IMG/VR virus record: IMGVR_UViG_3300025858_000011
Strand: one strand, 5' to 3'
DNA: 20,999 nucleotides
From: a virus
Taxonomy: Duplodnaviria > Heunggongvirae > Uroviricota > Caudoviricetes
Shown piece by piece: positions 1 to 5,899 of this stretch (its first letter is position 1; the number at the start of each line of letters is the position of its first letter). The notes below the pieces were generated by a model that made no database searches, was not told the origin of the DNA, and saw only the letters and a program-made list of their open reading frames with translations. The translations under genes were made by a program, and so were the position numbers.

Positions 1-374
1 CCCCCGGCTTCACCAGATATTCTAAACTCATACCAGCCAATTTGTTTATTACGAATCATTGTTTTAATCCGTTTTTGACCTTTTGATAATCTTGATCTTC
101 CGGATTTAATTTCTATGAACGTAATGATATCCTTGCCAAAATGAATATAGTCAATGGGTTTTCCTACAAATAAAAGATTGCTGGGATCATACTGAGAGTC
201 AAAGTTTGAAAGAAATGGAGCTAATTTTTCTGAAATAAACCCGAGACTAACTTCACTTCGTTTCTTTTGTGATAATAGTTTTCTGTTTTCTGCTTTTTGT
301 CGAATATACAATGCAATTACTATAAGTAATAATATAAGTAATAGTATTGCTACACAACTAAACAGAATGGACAT
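1..374 (-). CDS. Membrane-anchored PD-(D/E)XK endonuclease related to archaeal Holliday-junction resolvases (Endonuc_Holl-like); 3' end runs off the window
   Basis: Not in the ORF track because it is truncated. Manual translation from ATG 374: MSILFSCVAILLLILLLIVIALYIRQK...LGFISEKLAPFL...LLFVGKPIDYIHFG...ITFIEIKSGRSRLSKGQKRIK...IGWYEFRI. It has an N-terminal hydrophobic helix plus the G.isE.laP, G.PIDY and FIEIKSG motifs typical of this family. It starts 3 nt after the upstream stop (377). Confidence 0.8.
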   Translation of the reverse strand, partial: MSILFSCVAILLLILLLIVIALYIRQKAENRKLLSQKKRSEVSLGFISEKLAPFLSNFDSQYDPSNLLFVGKPIDYIHFGKDIITFIEIKSGRSRLSKGQKRIKTMIRNKQIGWYEFRISGEAG

Positions 375-376
375 AC

Positions 377-1861
377 TTATTTATGATTTTGTAAAAGTTT
401 ATTGCAAACAAAATTACAATAAATTCCACAGGTTATATTCCCATTAGGGAATCGTTCAACGCTATCTGTTTCGATGTCAGTCCAAATTTTAAATAAATGA
501 GCTTTATCGAGAGGACAGTTTATCTTTGCCGTTTTATGAAAGATTCTTTTTAAAGATGTTACAATATTAGAAACTCTTCCAGAAATAATTTTTGATTTTA
601 AAAATCTTTTTACTTCAGGCAATGATTCGTCGATGCTATCAGTATACTTTGATAGTAATTGTCTAATAGCGTTATCAGAGATTTGAAGTTTAAAACTTTC
701 CGGGGCATGCCCGGCTAAGTAAAAATTTATCTTATCTCTAAATGCATATATCTTGGTCATACTGATATCTTTTCTACCAGTGCCAAGGCGATCTGCAATT
801 CTTAATTCTAATAAATCATGTATATTATGTTCCCCTACCTTAGGAATTAACCTCTTAATAGAGTTTGTTGAGATAGTGGGGGATGCATCAAATAAATGAT
901 GCTTAATTAATAGTATTATGTTATCAGAAAATGTTTTAGCAAAACCCCATCGTTGAAGAATTCTTTCAGCAAGAATTGCCCCGATGTTTTCATGGTTATA
1001 AAAATGAACTCCAGTATCAGTTCTAATCTCAGTATATGGTTTTGCAATATCATGTAATAAAGCCGCTATTCTTACTTTTAAAGAATTTGGTTTATCTTTT
1101 GGAACAGCGTCTATCGTTAACATGATGTGGTTGAATAAGTCCAAATGTACGGCCTTATTAGATTGTTCGATATCAATGGTTTCATTTAACTCTGGAAAAA
1201 AGTTTTCTAAGAGTCGCATCGATCTCATTAATTTAAAAGCTTTGCTAGGTTTTTCAGCGTAAGTGAATAATCCACAAAGTTCTTCATTAATTTGTTTTGG
1301 ATGTAATGGTACAACTTTTAGTCTGTACTCTTTAATGGCAGTTTGAGATTCTGTGTCAACTTGCCAGCCATCTCCCAATATTGCACATAGTATTGGTGCT
1401 CGTAATAATCTAATTTTTGATTCTAATATGCGTTCTTTAGGATTTCCTGGCATTCTTATTATTTTATTATCGATGTCTGATTTTCCATTACTATAATCAA
1501 ACCATTGTTCCTCGATGGCATCATAATAAAGACTGGTACATGTAAAATCTCGGCATTTTGAGTCTTCCTCAAGACTGTCTGTATACTCAAAATTGTAATA
1601 GGTGTTCACCATAGTTATTTTTTTAGTGGGAAACAAAATATACTGTTTACCCATGTATTCGATAGTTACAGTGGTGTCATACTCATTTACTTCTATTAAC
1701 TTATCAATAAACAATGTTCTTAATTGCTGTATAGTTGATCGTACAGCAAGCTCATGTTTTACTGGAGTAACTCCCATATACAAATCCCGAGCTGTATTAC
1801 CACAAACATATCCGGAAATTCCATGTGTTTTTAATAACTTACTAATTGGTTTATAAAGCAT
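377..1861 (-). CDS. Class II tRNA nucleotidyltransferase (CCA-adding/polyA polymerase)-like protein with HD phosphohydrolase domain; NTase motifs degenerate
   Basis: Recognisable family layout: YVCGNTARDL (motif A), LEEDSKCRDFT (RRD motif), GKSDIDNKIIR, ESKIRLLRA (EDxxR region), INEEL, LLENFFPEL. These are followed by HD motifs DLFNH, ALLHDIAKP, FYNHENIGA, KHH and IADRLG. The C-terminus is Cys-rich. Confidence 0.85.
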   Translation of the reverse strand: MLYKPISKLLKTHGISGYVCGNTARDLYMGVTPVKHELAVRSTIQQLRTLFIDKLIEVNEYDTTVTIEYMGKQYILFPTKKITMVNTYYNFEYTDSLEEDSKCRDFTCTSLYYDAIEEQWFDYSNGKSDIDNKIIRMPGNPKERILESKIRLLRAPILCAILGDGWQVDTESQTAIKEYRLKVVPLHPKQINEELCGLFTYAEKPSKAFKLMRSMRLLENFFPELNETIDIEQSNKAVHLDLFNHIMLTIDAVPKDKPNSLKVRIAALLHDIAKPYTEIRTDTGVHFYNHENIGAILAERILQRWGFAKTFSDNIILLIKHHLFDASPTISTNSIKRLIPKVGEHNIHDLLELRIADRLGTGRKDISMTKIYAFRDKINFYLAGHAPESFKLQISDNAIRQLLSKYTDSIDESLPEVKRFLKSKIISGRVSNIVTSLKRIFHKTAKINCPLDKAHLFKIWTDIETDSVERFPNGNITCGIYCNFVCNKLLQNHK

Positions 1862-2198
1862 CTACTTCTCCTAAACCATTAAATTTTAATCCACACCATT
1901 CAGATATTGGGGCAAAAACATGACTATATGACCTAATTCGATGTGCGTCACACACTGTAGTAGTGTGTACTTTTCTCCAATTTCCTTTAACTGCATCAAC
2001 ATGATAATGCTCCCCCGCCCTTTTATTTAATCCTCCGGACCTTGCCATTACTTCAAATAGTCTACAATAACTTCTTCTTTGACGATTCTTAGCATATGTA
2101 AAATAAAAACAATTTCCACAACATTTTGTAATTCTAAAGTTAGGTAATTCTTTTAATGGAGTGGATTTATCTAGAAAATTAAAATCGTAATCTGCCAT
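1851..2198 (-). CDS. Hypothetical small Cys/His-rich protein, possibly metal-binding
   Basis: 115-aa ORF with CCGNC...C...CDAH. It overlaps the downstream gene by 11 nt, in operon orientation. Confidence 0.7.
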   Translation of the reverse strand: MADYDFNFLDKSTPLKELPNFRITKCCGNCFYFTYAKNRQRRSYCRLFEVMARSGGLNKRAGEHYHVDAVKGNWRKVHTTTVCDAHRIRSYSHVFAPISEWCGLKFNGLGEVDAL

Positions 2199-2209
2199 AT
2201 AAAATTTGG

Positions 2210-2377
2210 TTAATATTTATTATTTTCTAGCATGTCTTGAACATGGTCAGAATTAAAAGAAAGGGGCTCACAAATTCCGGATGCAGTAACAAAAAAATTG
2301 TCAGGCATCGATTCTGCGTGGGCTATCATATGTTCGTAGGTATCTAGAATTTTATCTGGATTCTTTTTATGTTTCAT
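2210..2377 (-). CDS. Hypothetical 55-aa protein
   Basis: Below the ORF-track cutoff. ATG 2377 to TAA 2210 gives MKHKKNPDKILDTYEHMIAHAESMPDNFFVTASGICEPLSFNSDHVQDMLENNKY. An AAGGA RBS lies 6 nt upstream, and the ORF fills the gap between co-oriented genes. Confidence 0.6.
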   Translation of the reverse strand: MKHKKNPDKILDTYEHMIAHAESMPDNFFVTASGICEPLSFNSDHVQDMLENNKY

Positions 2378-2390
2378 TTTGTATCCTTGT

Positions 2391-2418
2391 AATATAGTTA
2401 ATTTTTAATTAAAAACAA
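2391..2418 (-). promoter_or_regulatory. Putative sigma70-like promoter TTGTTT-N16-TATATT for the 55-aa/Cys-rich/CCA-HD/nuclease genes
   Basis: Minus strand reads ttgttt ttaattaaaaattaac tatatt, just before the RBS. It uses the same hexamers as the site at 5020-5048. The AT-rich background lowers confidence. Confidence 0.35.
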
Positions 2419-2420
2419 AC

Positions 2421-3120
2421 TTATAAATTTTTTAAAATACGTTGTCTTCCAAAAAATTGATACTTTAATAGGTCTATTTTTTTATCAGCGAAGTCAACAA
2501 TACTCGCACTAGTTTTACCCTGGTGCAGCCTCATTAATCTTCCAGCAGATTGTTTTAATTTTATTTCTGATCTTATGGGAGCGCATAACATAAGTACTTC
2601 TAATCTGGGAACGTCTATACCTGTACTAAATAATCCATAGGTTGAAATAACTATTTCTTTTTCTCCTGTTGTTATTTGATCAATTGCTTTTTTTCTATCA
2701 GCTTTTTTCATTAAAGAGTGCAGCATGACTGAGTTATTTGGAAAAAAACTATGTAAAGCATTAAGTTGTGTTAAGCGAAGACATAGCATAATTGTACTTT
2801 TGCCACTATAATTTTCAATCCAATAATTTTGAATAAATGAATTTCTTTCAAAATTAGCTGATAAGTCAGAAATCATATATTGATATTCGCTTGACGATAA
2901 TAATGGGTATGTGTAGCTAGTTTCAACCACTTTGTAACTTGGTTTAATAAGAACATCAACTAATTGTTCTTTTGGCACCACGTGTATCGTGGGCCCGGTA
3001 GCATAATGAATAACTTGTGTTAATCCATCCCCTCGTTTAGGTGTTGCACTGAATCCAAATTTATACTTTGCCTCAAGATTTGTCATTGTTTGATAATAGG
3101 TTTTTGCTGCGACAATATGT
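2421..3120 (-). CDS. SF2 DExH helicase (UvsW/XPB-like), exon 2
   Basis: The frame is open upstream of the ORF-track Met at 3086: (A)CAT ATT GTC = HIVAAKTYYQT-MTNL. It contains motif III (GFSATP), motif V (STYGLFSTGIDVP) and motif VI (QSAGRLMR). Confidence 0.9.
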
Positions 3121-3241
3121 CACAATGTTATCCTTTTAGTTTTTTATCTAAAAGTTCTTATGGTTGGCCCATAAGTTCGGCATAACTTTTCACCATATAT
3201 TATACTTAGGTGTCGGGCACTCGTGCTGACATTATATTTTT

Positions 3242-4237
3242 TCAGTCAGTATGCTCTACGCTGGAAACTAACCTTTCGCCATTTAGTTTCTTAGCACGGG
3301 ATTGGCTCTTATTATATTTTTTATGGCAGTCATTACAGATAGTTTGTAAATTATCATAAGTTTTTCCATAATTTTTTCTAAAATTATTTATAGATTTTTT
3401 TAATTTACATTTAGTACAAACTTTTCCGTGAATTTTTTCATAAAGAACTTTTTTAGCTTTTTCCGTATTTGCCCGATTATTCTCTCTTACCTTTCGATTA
3501 GAGACGGCACATGCTTCTTTAAATAATTTCTTTTTTCTTTGTAAACAAAAACATTTTTTAGTATAAAGTTTTTTATATATTTCTAAAATTTTTAGTAAGT
3601 TAGTAGTTGCTAGTGCAAACACTGTTTTATTAGATGTTATTTTATTATCAATTTTTAATTTTTCGTTTATCCAAAACAATATTTGTTGTGTTCCGACAAT
3701 ACTAAATCCATATCTTTTCCCATTGGATCTTTTATAAATAGTCCCATCTCCATCAAAATACCCGCGTATAAATGACATCGAAAATTTATAATCAATGTTT
3801 GGAGGTTTTAAAATTAAAGATTTTTTAGGGATACAGCCATGTGTTATTAGGTCTTCATGTATCTTTTTATTTTCAAATTGCAATACTGCTAGTGGCTGTG
3901 GTCGTAATTGAATTTTATTTGATAAATTTAATATTGTTTTTAATCTAACTAACAACTCAATATCTTTAGGATGAACTGCAACCGAAATACCATGGTTATT
4001 TTTACGTATGCAACCGTCTGCAAATAAAAAGCCTAACCAATATGCTTTTTCATCTGTATTAATTTTTGAAAAATAAAAGTCATTTGTATTAGGGTGGTGG
4101 CATGTTAAATATGATCTTGTTACTTTATACTTTTTTAAAATTGAGTACACATAGATTTTTGAAGAAATATTTAAAGTTTTCATTATTTTATAACCGGACA
4201 TTCCGGCTGCATATAAGTGTATTATTTGTTTTTCCAT
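3242..4237 (-). CDS. Intron-encoded two-motif LAGLIDADG homing endonuclease with N-terminal HTH-like segment and C-terminal CxxC..CxxC module
   Basis: LAGLIDADG motifs KAYWLGFLFADGCI and FIRGYFDGDGTI. The N-terminal IIHLYAAGMSGYKIMKTLNIS is HTH-like. The C-terminus has CTKC...CNDC. The protein is very Lys-rich and lies wholly inside the intron. Confidence 0.9.
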   Translation of the reverse strand: MEKQIIHLYAAGMSGYKIMKTLNISSKIYVYSILKKYKVTRSYLTCHHPNTNDFYFSKINTDEKAYWLGFLFADGCIRKNNHGISVAVHPKDIELLVRLKTILNLSNKIQLRPQPLAVLQFENKKIHEDLITHGCIPKKSLILKPPNIDYKFSMSFIRGYFDGDGTIYKRSNGKRYGFSIVGTQQILFWINEKLKIDNKITSNKTVFALATTNLLKILEIYKKLYTKKCFCLQRKKKLFKEACAVSNRKVRENNRANTEKAKKVLYEKIHGKVCTKCKLKKSINNFRKNYGKTYDNLQTICNDCHKKYNKSQSRAKKLNGERLVSSVEHTD

Positions 4238-4244
4238 AATATGA

Positions 4245-4273
4245 AATATACAAACTTATATGAACTTTGTCAG
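4245..4273 (-). promoter_or_regulatory. Putative internal promoter for the homing endonuclease (CTGACA-N17-TATATT), likely giving a leaderless mRNA
   Basis: Minus strand reads ctgaca aagttcatataagtttg tatatt tcatatt ATG. The -10 box ends 7 nt before ATG 4237, and no Shine-Dalgarno sequence is present. Confidence 0.55.
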
Positions 4274-4285
4274 GTTAATTATTGT

Positions 4286-4980
4286 ACCTCATCGGCAATA
4301 ACCTGTGAAAAACTTTTATTTATAATATTATATTGTTCCTTAGTCAACTTAGCCATTGTTTGGTGAAGTGCAATTGTTATTGGTTTAACAATAAATTTCC
4401 CTGATCCAATAAATCCCAAGTCTTTTTCTTTTGCGTTTGTAAATTTTGTAAATGACCCCACAGTCTGATTAACCAGTTCTATTGTATTTACGAGAATCAA
4501 TGTAGGTTGTTTTTGTGCCACAGTAAGCGCAACAAAAATTACGGTTTTACCTGATCCAGTCATTGATTCAATTACACCATTGGTAGAACGTAGGCATGCC
4601 TGCATCGTTTCTTCTTGGTAATCTCGTAATTCTCCTGTAAATTTTAATGTAGAAAAATAAGGGTCTTTCGGAAAGTCTGTTCGTTCATCAGTAATTGTTG
4701 CTTTATCGGGTTTTTCTCCTAGTTCATCTAGTAGAGTATATATTTCGTGATAGGCTCCAATTGGAATAACAATAGTTCGTTCATCCAATAGTTCATAAAA
4801 TTTTAAATATTGTGGGACGCCAAAAACTGATAATTGAAGATCCATTTTTTTACCAAAAATCGGATTTGTTAAAGTTAATTTTTTTGTTAATTCCGGAACG
4901 ATGTACTTGTTTAGACCTTCAATTTTACATTTATTTTTTAATGTGATCTTCATACTTGACATGATTAATTTAAATAACAA
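4286..4980 (-). CDS. SF2 DExH helicase (UvsW/XPB-like), exon 1
   Basis: Q-motif LRDYQ, Walker A SMTGSGKT, motif Ia LILVNTIEL, and motif II starting IADEV. The unspliced frame stops 2 codons into the intron. The true start may be ATG 4962 or 4953 rather than TTG 4980. The spliced product is about 455-464 aa. Confidence 0.9.
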
Positions 4981-5019
4981 AGAGCTTCTGCTCTACTGTG
5001 TTCTTATACCAAATAATTA

Positions 5020-5048
5020 TTGTTTTATAAATAAAAATACAGTATATT
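5020..5048 (+). promoter_or_regulatory. Putative promoter TTGTTT-N17-TATATT for the tail operon, within the divergent intergenic region
   Basis: ttgttt (5020-5025), a 17-nt spacer, tatatt (5043-5048). An AGGT RBS-like sequence follows near 5073, then ATG 5084. Confidence 0.4.
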
Positions 5049-5083
5049 TAAGTAATAACTTTTAACAATAACCAGGTAAGTTT

Positions 5084-5551
5084 ATGTCAAAAAAGAAAGA
5101 AGACAACACAAACGAAGTATTATTACTACAATTATTTGAAGATGGATTTGCTACTACTGAAGTGGATTTAATTCCAGGAAAAGTCCAAGCGGTTATCAGA
5201 AATCTTGGGTCGCAAGATCAAATTCAAATTGAAAAGGAAATGGAAAGTATTACCGGCGGGACTCCAGTTATAATTCATACGTATGGTTTAAAACTATTAG
5301 GAGCCACTCTTATACAATACGGAACTAATGTATTCGCTGATAGAAATGCTGCTGTTGCTTTTCTTGATAAGGCCAATTTGTCCAGTGCATTAATAGATAA
5401 ATTAGTTAAATCACAGAATTTATTAGAAAAACGTGTACGTAACGCTTTAAATATGGATGAGATTGATAAAGTTTTTTTCGCCCCGGGCTCGCCGCTAGAA
5501 GAGCAGAAGCCCTCATTAAAGGATATGACGTCGGCGAGCGAGGAAGTCTAA
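5084..5551 (+). CDS. Tail assembly chaperone (lambda gpG-like)
   Basis: Small acidic ORF two genes upstream of the tape measure. It has a T TTT TTC slippery site near its 3' end that links to the next ORF in the -1 frame. Confidence 0.75.
   Translation: MSKKKEDNTNEVLLLQLFEDGFATTEVDLIPGKVQAVIRNLGSQDQIQIEKEMESITGGTPVIIHTYGLKLLGATLIQYGTNVFADRNAAVAFLDKANLSSALIDKLVKSQNLLEKRVRNALNMDEIDKVFFAPGSPLEEQKPSLKDMTSASEEV
5473..5512 (+). other. Programmed -1 ribosomal frameshift signal (T TTT TTC plus downstream GC-rich stem)
   Basis: In-frame GTT TTT TTC at 5471-5479. The -1 frame (RPGLAARRAEALIKGYDVGERGSLREGIALRYIENEKT-LRQLE...) has no stop until 5895. GGGCT...AGCCC and GCTC...GAGC stems begin about 5 nt downstream. 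Confidence 0.8.
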
Positions 5552-5895
5552 GGGAAGGAATTGCACTAAGATATATTGAAAACGAAAAAACATTGAGACA
5601 ATTAGAGTTATCTATTCAGACAAAAGCAATTTTTATGGATAGATCACAGATAGTTGAAGTAGAACAATTCAACTCCTTAATGAGTACATATCAGGATTTA
5701 CTTTTTGGGAAGATAGAACAAAAACCAGAATCAAAAAAAGACAAAATAAAAAATATGGAAGGACAGTTTAATACCTTACAAAAACAGGCATTAGATAATA
5801 ATTTAATGAGTAACTTGGTAGTCGGAAACCCCACTGAGGCTGAAATTTCAACAGTAGATATCAAGGAATTTTATAATAAAATAGTTGGAGAATAA
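5479..5895 (+). CDS. Tail assembly chaperone C-terminal (gpT-like) segment, translated as a ~270-aa gpGT-like frameshift fusion
   Basis: The ORF-track call 5593..5895 starts at a weak TTG with no RBS, and its frame stays open back to the slippery site. Confidence 0.72.
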   Translation, partial: RPGLAARRAEALIKGYDVGERGSLREGIALRYIENEKTLRQLELSIQTKAIFMDRSQIVEVEQFNSLMSTYQDLLFGKIEQKPESKKDKIKNMEGQFNTLQKQALDNNLMSNLVVGNPTEAEISTVDIKEFYNKIVGE

Positions 5896-5899
5896 GTTA

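Larger units (their letters stand above)
3121..4285 (-). ncRNA. Group I self-splicing intron (1165 nt) in helicase motif II, carrying a homing endonuclease
   Basis: The 5' exon ends in U (GAT GAG GT, 4286) and the intron ends in G (3121); joining gives GAT GAG GTA CAT = DEVH in frame. Pairings visible on the minus strand: IGS ATGTGCC (3512-3506), P3 TCGGGCA (3476-3470)/TGCCCGA (3219-3213), P4 ACGG/CCGT, P6 GAAACTAA/TTAGTTTC, P7 GAGCATA (3256-3250)/TATGCC (3184-3179), P7.1 CTGAC/GTCAG, P8 CACC/GGTG, P9 CTTATGG/CCATAAG and a further CTTTTAG/CTAAAAG hairpin. Confidence 0.92.

Noticed and set aside
699-714. GC-rich near-palindrome CCGGGGCATGCCCGG
   Set aside because: Single, imperfect and inside a CDS, with no other copies seen.
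1602-1856. 84-aa plus-strand ORF
   Set aside because: Antisense shadow of the CCA-like gene with no motif.
4270-4290. Local hairpin AGGT/ACCT at the 5' splice site as P1
   Set aside because: It would pair the splice-site U with A instead of G and gives no P10. The distal ATGTGCC (3512-3506) satisfies both requirements.
2421-4980. Helicase as a pseudogene, two separate genes, or intein-containing
   Set aside because: An intein needs one continuous frame, but here there are stops and a separate endonuclease ORF. The group I structure and exact restoration of DEVH explain the split.
4984-5510. 11-nt AGAGCAGAAGC shared in inverted orientation between about 4984-4994 and 5500-5510
   Set aside because: Too short to distinguish from chance, and there is no recombinase or invertible-segment context.
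5593-5895. Independent 100-aa gene starting at TTG 5593
   Set aside because: It has no RBS, and its frame is open back to the slippery site, so it is better explained as the frameshift extension.
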